Shown here in pieces: positions 25,882-38,545 of a stretch of 64,000 nt of DNA. A model generated the notes under the pieces. That model did no database searches. It was not told where the DNA came from and saw only the letters and a program-made list of their open reading frames with translations. The stretch's first letter is position 1. Each line of letters begins with the position of its first letter. The translations under genes were made by a program, and so were the position numbers. This stretch comes from Vermamoeba vermiformis (Eukaryota): NCBI GenBank assembly GCA_045837725.1, contig JBEWZL010000179.1:310001-374000 (forward strand), read 5' to 3'.

Positions 25882-26044
25882 TAGCAGCGTATTTAAACTT
25901 GTAATTATTAGTAGCGAAAGTCATTTTTTTAAACAGCAGGTGCGCGTTTATAATGTAATATGTATTTAAACAATAAACACGATCATTTGCTTCAAAATTG
26001 ATTTATTTTACAGTTTTTTTTCTTCGCTATTCACAAAATTATTT

Positions 26045-28303
26045 TCAGTTTGGTGTTTCTGTTTGCGTTGAAACAGCTGTGCCATTATTCAACTTCCTCT
26101 TCTTATTCGGGAAATACCTATTATACGCCCATTAGTACTTGACACCTACTATTCAATAGACGCATAAGACTTACTGTCTTGCTAACGCTTGTTGAACTTC
26201 TTTCATCACATCACGCTCTAGATCCAGATACACATCTGAGGCCATAATCTAAACAATCATTAGTAATGTTATAGAATACTATAGGCGTATGACTTACATC
26301 ACCAGGGTGCGCTAGAATGAACTTCATGCATTCTCCGCGCAGGATGGGCGCGTTTAATTTGTCCGCGGCCTCGAGTACTGTACACACATTTTCTATACAA
26401 ATATTCTCCAACATAAACTTCTCGCATAAATATCTAAATATAGAAGTGAGTTTTTGCCACAATTTTTTCGATGTTCATGCTACGTACTTCAATCTCGGTT
26501 GGTCAAACTTATCAGCGGCGATAAACAGTTCTAAGACACTCTCGCCATCGAAGGACGATTGGTCCGTGTACAAGAATTCTATCAATTTGTGCAGCACGTC
26601 AAAACTAATGTCGTTGATGGTCACTTCTTTCATCGTGCCTTCTTTCATCTCTGTCGACATTGCACGCGTTAGACTAGACCTGAGTACTATATAAGTGAGA
26701 CGTACCTCCTAACAACATGGCACGGAAGACACTAGACCGTTGACAAAGTATAATTCTGTGCGCGTAAATGGATCTGTTGTCCGCGTGCAAAATGACATCA
26801 GATCCGATTGGATTGTTGATCATCGACTTGAAATCGCCAATCACTGTTGACGGCGCTGCAAACCCCATGCGATGTGACTGGACCCACTGTCCGCCACTCA
26901 ATTCACCGTGCAGTTTGTTGTTTGAAATGTCTTCAATCTCCACGCCGTAGCCTTTGTTCAGCGGCCACCACCTAGTCAACTAGAATTAACTACGATGGCG
27001 TATATATAATAGGCGTGAGGACTTACCCGATGAGTCGTGGATCTGTCCTGGACGGCTGTTCTTTCATGTACTGATGAATTTTTTCGACTGACAGCGCCAC
27101 ATTCCACAGCCTGACATCGCTCAACATGCAGTTAATGTTCTCTTCGACGAGGTGCAGGCCAAAGTAGAGATCGTTCTGAACAGATGTCATGAGTGCCGAG
27201 TTCAGTGCGAGTCAGTGATTGACATGTGACACGTGTCAAACTCTGCTACTTACCGAGGTGCTTTCCAGAGGTCCGGTCATCGCGTCAAATACTTTGACAG
27301 GTACGCCGTCAATGTAAACAATTGCTTCGTTCTTCTCTGCTTCGTATGTGACGACCACGTGACACCATTTCTAAATTTGGAAATATTTTAGTGAAATCCA
27401 ATCATTAAACTGAGCGTGGGAAGTGCTCGGTTAAATTTAATGAGGATGATTCCGAAGCGATGTGATTCGTATTATTGATTTAGCAATAATGTCGTATGAA
27501 CATAATTAAGCGAATTACGACAGAATATCCGTCGGTATAAAAGTTCCGTGGGAGGTTAAATTTAGATCTGGATGTGTTACCTGGAGCGGTAGAGGACACT
27601 TAGTATTCTTCCAGACCCATCCAGGCTTGCTATTGTTCAGCGAAATCATCAGCGAGTTGGTCGAGCCTTGTTTTTTGACCGCCAAGGCAAAGCTCTGTTT
27701 CTTTGCGATGATGTAACCAGTGCTGTCTTGTAACAGGTGGATCCAGCACTCCATCGTCAGGGAATTAGTCACCTTGAGCTCTTTAGTGTCGTTGATGGTG
27801 ATCTTGTCATGTTTATGCTCGTATCTCAGCGCGAAAGGATAGTCAAGCACATCTGTCGGGATTTCATAAAAGTAAGTACGAGCATTGCGGAGTAATCCCA
27901 AAATAAGAAATATTGCGTAGTCTATATTAATATCGATGGGGTATTAGATAGAAGAGTTGCTATGATTTCGCCGAAATTTAATCAGTTGATCTGCTATTTA
28001 CTACGCAATTGATAGAAAATTCTAGCAGGGAAAGTAGCAGAGGTTAAACTTTTGATATTAAAACAATTTTAATATGGTAATGTTATGTTATTAGGACAAC
28101 ATTCCGCCCAGAACCAGAGAGTAAAGAATAAATTAGTCATTTTTAAATAATTTCTTTGGCGGTCAGTAAAAATCTTTAATTTAATGGCATAATTAGCCGC
28201 AATAGATAAATTTATCGGCATAAAAGCTAGTATTGTTATAAAATAAGCGCCACAAATAAAAGTGGATGCAGCTGAAGTTACCTTTTCCAGAACTCGTCGC
28301 CAT
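26045..28303 (-). CDS. LamG/concanavalin-like domain + BTB/POZ(-BACK-like) protein
   Basis: SLTMECWIHL, KWCHVVVTYE..IVYIDG and SDVRLWNVALS are LamG-like. SDVILHAD..IYAHRIILCQRSSVFRAML, MKEG..EVTINDIS..LIEFLYTD and ADKFDQPRLK are BTB. C-terminal PNKKRK may be an NLS. Confidence 0.85.
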
Positions 28304-28769
28304 TATTGACAAATCGTGCTTTGCTAATTCCTACGCGTTGTAGTGAATGGCTCAACAATAATAATGCTGTTCTGGTGCGTAGTTGTGTTCGATCTGATCG
28401 GCTTGTAGAACGAACTGAAAGAAAAAAGAAATTTGCCTTTTAAGGACTGATCGGTGCGTTCCGACCGTATCTTGTGTGGTAGTATACTTTAGTTAATGCG
28501 ATACAATGATGTATTTAAGGGCAGACAAAAGGCTTAGCAAGCCAACGAATGAAAACAGATCGAAAAGAAAAAGAATTTTCGATTTTTAATCGACGAATGC
28601 CTTTACACAACGCTGTCTAGTCCCAAAGATGCAATGAATCGATTGGACACACTGCCCGAGAAGACATTGAGTCTGTTTCAATTCAGCGAATAAGTCGATC
28701 GGGACAAATGCTTGTTTTGTTTTTTAAATTCTTAAGAGCACCATAGACCTATAAAACCAATCTATAATC

Positions 28770-30641
28770 ATGTTGATGGCATTTTTGTTGACGGTGTTCG
28801 GCGCCATTGCCCTCTTCGCCGTCGTTGATTACTTGTGTAAGTGTCGCAGCCACATCTGTCGCGCACTCGATCTCCGAATTATTTGCTTGATTTCGCGATT
28901 AAACTAATCGTTGTTAATTATAGTGCCCTTGTTCTTCTTGGCTTACCTCCTTCCTAACCAAAATCTGAAAAAGAAATACAACGCCAAGTGGGCCCTCGTT
29001 ACTGGAGGCAGCTCTGGCATTGGCAAAGCTCTTGCCGAGAAGATGGCCGAGCAAGGTACTTATATACGCTATTATAGTTATTAAGAGAAGCATACAACCG
29101 ACAATTCAAAATTATTGAGTGGATTTACTAAAACTCGTTTCAAAAATTGCCCGTTAAATTAATTTGACAAAAAACAATGTATATTATCGATATATATCAC
29201 CATAAGATCATTATAATGATTTAATTCGATTTTATGATTTAATTGAAAACGGTCAGATCCGATCGAAGATATCAAACCGTCATTACTGTATTAACGAGAT
29301 CTATAATAGGTTTGAACGTTGTTTTGGCTGCTTTGCCCGACAACTTGTTGAAGGAGACTCACGCTGATTTGACCAAGAAGTAAGTAACATCTAATTTACG
29401 CACGTTCGAATCTGAGCATTGGGATGGTTTGCTGTAATACTGCATACGATATATTTGCATCAGCATACGGTTCATATCGATTCATTACCAAAATCTTCCC
29501 AAGTTAAATTTGGATTGACAGATTTAGCTCGGCGATGGATTTGTTTCTGGATTTGACGATCCTTTTACTGAATTATTATTCTATATATGGAATATTAAAA
29601 TTATACTCGTAGGTTCCCTAACGTCGAGTTCCGCGCCGTTGGAGTCGATCTTGGTAACGCTGAAACCAAGTACATGGAGACTTTGATCGAGAAGACTAAG
29701 GACATTGACGTGCAGATTGTCTTCAACAACGCTGGCTACTGCATCATCAACGTAAGTACACATATATGAAGCGCGTAGATGCTCAAATGGAGCTGTTGCA
29801 AGCCTGCATCTGTCCAGTACGCGAATCCACATCTGACCCGTTTTATTTGTCGTTAGAACTTCTTCAAGAACTCGCTCGAGAGACAACTCTCCAATATGGA
29901 GTGCAACATGACTAGCCACGTCAAGATTGCTCACCACTACATGGCTCAAATGGTCGAGAAGAAGTTGCGCGGATGTGTCGTCTTCACTGGATCTCAAGTA
30001 CGCCTTCGAGCTCATTTATATCAATGATACATATGTATAATACTAACATATGTGCACCAATAGGCCGCTTTCTTCGCCACTCCTGGTGCCGTTATGTACA
30101 GCTCCACTAAGGCTTTCTTGGCTCAATTCGCTTACTGCTTGGCCATCGAGGGCAAAGGTAAATAACGCCTATATTAATTATAGTACTAGTATTGTATCGA
30201 TGAGTGGTATTAATTGGTTCGTTAGACTACGGCATTGACGTTACTTGCCTCCAATCTGGTCCGATGCGCACTCGCTTCAACGACAAGTTGCCCAAGTTGT
30301 CTGCCCTCAAGTTCTTCGGTATGTAGTCGAGGCATGTACCACCATTATCGAATATTCCGCCATATTCTCGTGGCCATTACGCCACTTTCGTGATCGCATC
30401 TTGTTTGTCTTACATCCACTAACCCGTTACCTGACTTACAGAAAGCATTGCCTCGTCTCCCGAAGAAGTCGCTCAAATCCTCATCAACAGCGTGGGTCGT
30501 GTAGTGCTCCGCGATGCCAGTTTGTACACCATGTTCACCAGATTGCTTTGCAAGGTGATCGACAACAACACCATGTTCAGAATCGTCTTCCACGGCCAGA
30601 AGATCTCTGCTGACTACAAGAACTTCAAGGACTTGCATTAA
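28770..30641 (+). CDS. Short-chain dehydrogenase/reductase, 17beta-HSD12 / ketoacyl-CoA reductase-like, with N-terminal TM
   Basis: N-terminal hydrophobic helix, WALVTGGSSGIGKALA, VFNNAG and catalytic YSSTK. Confidence 0.85.
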
Positions 30642-30890
30642 GTCAATTGTGCGCGTTCTTTAAGCGAACAATACGTGCGTTATAATAAAAATTTCGAATT
30701 AAAATTACGCGGTTCAGATGTACCAAAAAAAAGTTACTCGAGAGGATAATAGTCATCGTAGCTGCCATACGGTACTTCCATACGTAGTATAGTATTGCGA
30801 CAAAGATTGCCAGCGCGGAGGCAACTTCAAACTGATTCATTTACTTTTTCATGAACGCGTTGTTCTTATTTTCGATTAGATCAGCAACAA

Positions 30891-33026
30891 ATGGCCACAG
30901 AAGGATTAACACCCTTGCCCGGCGCTACCTTTAACAACGACTACAATGTCGACGTCAAGGTGCCCTTCGTATTGGACGACAAGGGCAACAAGGTCTATCA
31001 AATCTTGCACTACCCTTTTCAAGTCACAGCGAATCCAATGCGAATTAACCGCGAGGAAACATTAGGTTATTTCCACGTACTTCAACGCAAATTTTTGAGA
31101 GAATATTTGGACGATTATTTGGAAATTGAAGACATCTACAAAATGGCTACTCTTAGCCGCGGTTGGAATCTGGTTACAAATGAAGAAAAGTACGTGCAGC
31201 TTATTATTATATTATCTAGTATCATCTATTGGCGTATGCAGCGTAATATTGATGCTATAAATCACGTTGTTGAATTTCAAAAATTAATTTTAAACCGTTA
31301 CGCACAGATGCAGGCAATTCCATTCAAATTGCCAGTAATTCATCTAATCAATTTAATTTAGATTATGGAGGAGATTTGCACGTCGTCTTTACAAAGGCAA
31401 CATTCCGTTCTATCACACCTGGAAACACTCGCTGATCGTGCAAAATCACGTTGAATACTAGTGCGTCATTTAATACGCCTTATTAATTTATGATACTAAT
31501 GTATCTATACTTAGTGCTAATACTGGCATCAAAAAGTTGCCTATTCCATACAAACCGGTGGATCTGCGTCTTGCGCCGTACTGGATCGGCATGGAAGACA
31601 TTTTGCAGCACCGATTCAAGTTGTGGTACAGAACTGTTATTAATCCTGAATATTATCGCGTTCAATGCCCCGAGCAAGTTGACAGAAAAGACGGTAAGAA
31701 AGTTTTTACCAAGCCAATTGATAAAGATTAGTGCGCGATCCGCTGGCACCCATGAAATAATTTCCTAATATAGTAATTAATTATTATTTGCAGCCAAAAC
31801 ATTTACCGTGGAAGAATTCATTCGTGACTACGAATTGCCCTCGAAGCCAGTGATCATTTACAACGCGATGAATGAGTGGACTGCCAACAAGAACTGGACC
31901 ATTGAAGCACTCATGAAGAAGTACGCTGAAGTCAAGGTAGGCACTGGTGATATATTGCACGTGTGGAGAGATGTCGAGGCTGCTATTAGACACGTGTCAA
32001 ACTGTCACAAGTTGACCTCTTCGAATTTTCAACTTTCATCAATCTTTGCAACTATTTCATAGAATTAATAAGCCACACGTACAATTGCCAAATATAGTAA
32101 TACTTAGAGTGGTACTGACACGCCTTTCTCCGTCAGTTCCGCACAGGCACGGGCTTCAACATGACCTTCGCACACTTCATCAAGTACTTGGAGACGCAAC
32201 AAGAGCCCCGACCTCTCTATTTGTTCGATCAAAAGTACGCTGCCAATGCACCGGACATGTTGAAGGACTACAGCGTGCCATATGTCTTCACTGAAGACTT
32301 GTTCAGTCTCGCACCTGAAGAGCGTCCTCCTTACAGGTAATTCATGAACGAATGTCACGTGATTGAATGTGGTAATCAACTCATTATGCAAATAGATGGA
32401 TCTTGATCGGCACAACGCGCACTGGTGCACCGTTCCACACAGACCCTCGAGCCACTGCTGGTACGTTGAAATAGCACAACTCGAGTTCAATCGTGCGTTA
32501 AATTGACCTGTCACTCTAGCGTGGAATGCGGTGCTCTCAGGGGCCAAGAGATGGGCGCTCTATCCCCCGACCATTCACCCTCCAGGCGTGGGTCCAGACG
32601 ACGCTGATTATTACACTGCGCCTGCTCCTCTGCGCTGGTACTTGGAAGTCTATCCGAAGATTGAACAGAACAACGAGCCTAAGCCTATTGAATGCGTGCA
32701 ATATGCAGGCGATATTATCTACGTCCCTGGCAGTACGTACTATTGACACGTGTCAAACTGACACTCGCAGCACATGACACTAACTGTACCTCTAATTAGA
32801 ATGGTGGCATTGCGTGCTAAATTTGGGCACAACAGTAGCAGTCACGCAGAACTTTGTGAGCTCACAATCGTTCGAGAAAGTGTCACGTGATCTGATTTAT
32901 GACGATGACCCCGATGAGGACTTTTACGACGAGTTCCGCGAGGGCCTGAAGACTAATCGTCCTGAGCTGTTTAAGATATTCAAAGAAGTCGAGGTCGAGA
33001 AGCGCGAGAAGTCTAAGAAGGGATAA
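30891..33026 (+). CDS. F-box-like + JmjC (JMJD6/PSR-type) 2-oxoglutarate oxygenase
   Basis: EEFIRDYELPSKPVII, PLYLFD, VFTEDLF, RPPYRWILIG, FHTDP (HxD), WNAVLSGAKRW, WWHCVLN (distal His) and AVTQNFV. N-terminal degenerate F-box ending in EKLWRR. Confidence 0.9.
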
Positions 33027-33173
33027 ATCAGCGGATCTGGTCAGTGACCTGGATGCGATCTTGATCCATCGAAAAACTTGTAAAATTCAAACATAAAAGA
33101 ACTTCAATTGATTTCGGAGCTATTTACATTATTACTACAACGTGGTGATTTACAAGGGCAGGTATCATAATAT

Positions 33174-35793
33174 TTAATCATCATCTGCCTGCTGGTCGTC
33201 ATCTGCATCCACTTCTAGAGGTTGACAAAAATCATCTTCATAAGCGGTGATACTGCGCAAGTAAGTGCTATTAATAAGGTCTATATACTCTTTAGTCTGC
33301 TTGTGCTCTTCTTTGCTCAATTCTTCTTGTGCAGCAGGTGTTTTGATAATAAATGTAGTTGTCGCTAATTTTAGCCGATCAAATTCATGAAAATCAGCAA
33401 AGTCGAGGACTTCTATGGCATTTTGTTCGTCCACGTTGCTGAATATAAAGTTCTCGCAAAGTGTAAACAACGACTTGACTAGATTTTGGCCATTTCCTGA
33501 TTTGGAAATTCCATCGCGCGATACTGGCTTGAGATCCATAATATTTTCCAAGTACTCTGCTGTCATATGGTGCAAGCAGTCTCCAATCTTGACCTTGATT
33601 CTATGACGCATAGCTGATGGCGCATAGAACTCTGCGATGAATTGCTGCATTTGTTCATAATTTTTAGCCTGATTTAATTTTTCCATCGCGTTGTCCCAGC
33701 TAATGCTCAACTGACTCTTCTTTAATTTCGGCGAATTACTAGGACTAGCACCGATTAGCTGAAGTGCCTTGAACTGTTGTAATATCTTCAATAGTCTCGT
33801 AAATACTCCTGCAACAATTAGGGCATTTTTCGAGTACGAATTTTTCGTCAAAAAATAAATTGTTGATGCAGCCAATTCCAGCCTTAATAACTCCCTATCA
33901 TTCAGTACATGTGCTTGTTTGTCGCTGTATTGTTTGAGGATCTGACATAATGGCGCTATAATGTTATAGGTACTACCATCTCTTTGTAGACTTTTCGTTT
34001 GTAGATCTGCATGTCTTCACAGATGAGCAAGTGGTGCAACCACCACAGACCAAAGCACTGTATTTCAAGTGAATTTGACGTGAGTAGTGTCCTGGGCAAT
34101 AATAGCGGTCAGTTTTGTTTCGTCTTATATTGCTAGTGGTACTCACCTCGCGTCATTCAAATCGTTGTACAAAATATTCAAATCTCTTCTCGGGTCCACA
34201 AATTTGATGCTGTAACAGCATGGTTACAATGAGTACGATATTATATTTAACAGGGAGTATCACTGGTACCTTTCAATAATGTAGTCCAGTGCTTTGCTCT
34301 TCTCAACAATTTCCTTGTTTTCAGCAGATACATCGAGGCACACAAAACTCATCGCGAGTGACGTCACGTACTTCATTCTGTGAAAGTTGTTAATGACGGT
34401 CGTTAGGTTTTGCCTATTAAGGAAATGTTCCTGTGTGTACCTATCGTTGGATCCACGGTTAATTTGAATGAGACAGTCGAGCACGCCGAGTTGCAGTAGT
34501 TTAGATCGAATGTCCGGCACTTGGGCCAATTTTCTGGTCGCAAAAACAACACCGGATGAGGTCAAACCAGCGGACTGTTTGAACTCTTTAATAACTTTCT
34601 CGAGTCCTTGACCTATTGTAATTGACATCAGCGATTATATGTCGAAAATAAAGCTGATAAAATATAGATCTGGGTGTTTTGTACTAACCTTCTAAAAATA
34701 TTTTCTTGCCCTCAGCACAATATATGACCCAATTAAGAGCCATCCAGGTTGACTTTACAATGACTTTGTCGCTGCACTCTAACAGCGATAAAAAGCATTC
34801 AATGACGCCGAGTGTCACTAACTTGTCTTGGCACTGTTTGCCTCCACACGCCAACCATCCAATTACGTCCACGGCCTTACATACCACCACACGCGAGTCA
34901 GGAGTGACAGGTGTAGAGTTAATGAGGGCTACGACTTGTTGCACGATGCCAGTGTCTATTATTTCTAATTTGGCCTCCTGTAAAGGTAATCAAAGTCAAT
35001 GGATCCGCTCGATAAAAATTTCAATCTTTCGCGAGTCTAATATTATTCAATAAATATTAACGTACCTCTTCGAGTCCGTATAATATAGTAATGAATAATC
35101 CAAATGTATGTCCTATTAATTCCAAGTCTTGTGACTCGAGTAGTTTTGCTATGATTGGCACGATTCCAGCTTTGACTAATCGATTGCAGAGTGGTATTGA
35201 ATCTTTTGGTTGTAATAATAAATACCATAAATTATCTACGGCCTGAATACAATTCAAATTGAATAAATTAATATTGTCAGATCAAGCCGTTATTCTTACC
35301 AATGATACTAGACGTTGATATTTGCTTGCCATTAATTCTACTATCAATTCCAAACCAAAATTTTGAAATTCTACTGTTGCATAAGAGAGGATCAGCTCTG
35401 TGGGCTGGATAGCGTTGGACATGTCTTCTTCGAGCTCATTTTGTTCGAGCTTATGTACCAATGTTTTGACTAAATATTTTCCTATGCAGTGATATTTTCT
35501 TATTTCGAGAATGAGAAATAACAACGCATCTGGAGCTCGATAACTGAAAAAATATTAAAAAAAAATCGGTAAAAATAAACTATAATTATTTTCTTACGGC
35601 GAATTGACATGCGTTTTAGCAGATTGTAGTGGCACAAAATCCGTCAGTGCTTTAGCGCATCCGCCGCAGGTGCACAATGTTCCGTCATCCAAACGCTCCA
35701 AAAGAACTGTCAGCCATCTGTGCGGGTCATCCTGTTATATGTGATTTAAATATGGCTATTATAAAAGCTGGTTTGTCGTGACATTCTTACCAT
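33174..35793 (-). CDS. Armadillo-repeat protein with C-terminal BTB/BACK-like remnant
   Basis: ARM-like units (LVKAGIVPIIAKLL, LVTLGVIECFLSLL, LLQLGVLDCLIQI). The C-terminus LCENFIFSNVDEQNAIEVLDFADFHEFDRLK resembles the BTB-associated BACK/BPM helices. Confidence 0.7.
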
Positions 35794-35951
35794 TTGTGCG
35801 TAAATAAGTCAAATAGAAAATTCGCCGTGTTTTAGCTGGCGACCCATTCCAGTTTAAACAAAATATCGCAACAATATGGAGTGTCCTTATTGAAAGCATT
35901 AATTTCGTGACTAATAAGCCGCGCTAAGATGAAGATCCGAAGTCAAAATTC

Positions 35952-38275
35952 TGAATCCAAAATGAAACGACATAAGCACGAGCGAAAGTCACCAAGAGAT
36001 GGAATAGAATTGCCTATTGAAATATTGGAGCTCATATTTCTTAAATTTACGAATTACTCAGACTTGTTTTGCTGTGCACGTGTTAACACGCATTGGCGGC
36101 ACGCGACGCAAGATCAGAGACTATGGAAGGTAAGAAATTGGGTCACAATATCACCTAAATTACCCGAATATTATACTCAGTTATATTTACTATTATTTTT
36201 AATTTCAAATAATTATTTTTCGGATCAAAGCTCACAAAGATTTGTTCTTAGTCTATTTACACACATATGATTTATCCTCTAAGCCCACCAAAGCACAAGA
36301 AGCACTTCAATTGGTACAACGCAGTCCGAGATTACCTCACAATGCGAAATAATGTCAAGTTGGGCAGGTAAGTCTTATTAAACCAGCTTGCTTAGCACTC
36401 ATTCGCTGATAGATGCGTCACTAAATCCATCTGCACTCGTACACTGGATGAGTCTATCAATTCAATATCACTCAACGACCGTTGGGCTATTGTTAACAGG
36501 TTCGGAAGAAACCTCCGGCTTCGAATTTGAATGCTAATCTATTGTATAGAGAGGAAAATAGGCGGTGTAAAGGCTCTCAGATATATAACATCACATCAGA
36601 GCATTTAGAGGTATGGTTTTGATGGTTTAAAGAAACGAGCATTGAAAATGTTTTCTCTCAGATCACCGACAATTACTGCAGCCATCTTTTAAGCAGAAAT
36701 CTCGTTTATGCATCGGTAAGTTGCATATTAATATAGATTATCATCTTTAATGAAGCATTTGTAGCGTTGTTCGGTGCATTCTGAAGTGTACTTTCATCAT
36801 GCCAAACTGAGCGGGGCATTACTTGGTCCAACGAAGAAAAAAGTCATGCGAATAATGAAAGGACGAGATAGTATGTATTAATACTATGCATATCGAGCGA
36901 AACTAACGCGTTGAATAGGGTCTATGAATCTTCGGCTGATCTCAAATCAAGATCCGAAATCAAATCTGATTGGATTCGAATGGTAATGAGGAGTTTAGGC
37001 CATCGATCAATCTTAACATTTTATATAGTACAAATCCGTATAAGGTCGTTGTGTTTAACATTAACGAAGAGAGAGCAGAATATGTTTATTCAACTGAAGA
37101 TAACAAGTCTTATTACCTTTGCAGTAATTATTTAGTGGTTGCTGATGTAAGCAGTGGAGAAACGATATAATCATATTAACATAATATTATAGCGCGGCAA
37201 AGCGACAGTCATTAATGTACTGGATCACAACACGATCCACAAGATCAAGTTCTCATGGGACGGAGTGCCAGTCTGTTGCGTAAATAACGATCAAGTAAGA
37301 ATCATATATATACTATTATGGATGATAATTAAGCCGATTATGCCAGTTAATATTGGTCGGAACGAGAGAAGCGTGCATATTAAACGTGAATACAGGCCGT
37401 CATCGCATGTGGCCGCATGATCTACGTAGCGTTAGTATCATTAAATATATATTATTGACATTATATACTAACATTAAGACATTCTAGATCGATACAGCAG
37501 CTGTACACAACGGCATGCTAGTTTGCTCGCGCTACACGCACTTGTACTTCTTAGACCTCAATAGAGCAGTCACTTTGAATGGCTTAGTGTTGTGTGGTAG
37601 TGCTACTCTATCACCATCAACAGTACGTAACGACCAAATTGAGCTTATTTCTGAATCCGATCTGACAACATACTCACCTTTTTTAAGGATGCTTTTGGTC
37701 GATTAGTATGCCATTCTACCGATGGTCTACGCGTAGTTGATTTTAGTCGCACTATTGATGAAGTCGTATCCATTAGAGTGTTGGACGACAATGCCAGTAC
37801 GCACGAGATTAAGGTAGATCTGGTGCTGCTGATAGAAATGTGTTATTTACTCATGTTATATTAGATGGCTCAAATGCCTCGTTACAAGATACTACCTTGG
37901 ATTATGGAGCAAGAAAAAGACAACGAAGAGCTGCTGATCTCGTTCTGGTGGAAGACAACGCCAGACGAGCGCTACTCGATCGTATTCGCGAGTCATTCAA
38001 AGGGTCATAAGAACAGATTAGCGACTAAATTATATAAGGAGGCATTGCAAAGACCTGAATCCAAGTACAACATGCCTTTTCTCGCCTACGAGTTCAAGAT
38101 CGACAAACAAATCTTTCCGGATAGAATATTGTTGCTTAATAGGAGCTCTTATCCGCCCATAGTATTAGGCACTGCTTACTGCATTTATGAAAAGTGGATT
38201 GGCGGCGAGCGATGGGAGATCTCAACGCCAAGTTCTTGGGTTATTAAGCGAGGAAGCATAAGCCCTCGACAATAA
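35952..38275 (+). CDS. F-box protein with unrecognised, probably beta-rich C-terminal region, many short exons
   Basis: F-box ELPIEILELIFLKF..SDLFCCARVNTHWRHATQDQRLWK, followed by a chain of GT-AG-flanked exons to the ORF ending at 38275. Confidence 0.7.
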
Positions 38276-38545
38276 ATAACGTGTTGTTATTGGAGTTTGT
38301 CATATTGTCTTGCCAAGGCGACGAAATCCATTCGGCTCTTGGATGTGCCATCTGCCCAATAATTTGTGGATAAGTTCTGTTCATAATATTTATGTTTTTG
38401 GAGAAGCTTTAAATGAACGGAAATAGACAAGTTCTCGTTGTGGTCTAATCCAATTTTTAGGCGCCAAAATAAGAAACGTTCACTGGCAAAGCTAAACACC
38501 TTTTTATAAGTCCGTTTGGTAGAGAATACCAAAGCTGTTGATCAG

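Noticed and set aside
29403-29415. gttcgaatc T-loop-like word suggesting a tRNA
   Set aside because: No flanking stems or cloverleaf. It lies in an SDR intron.
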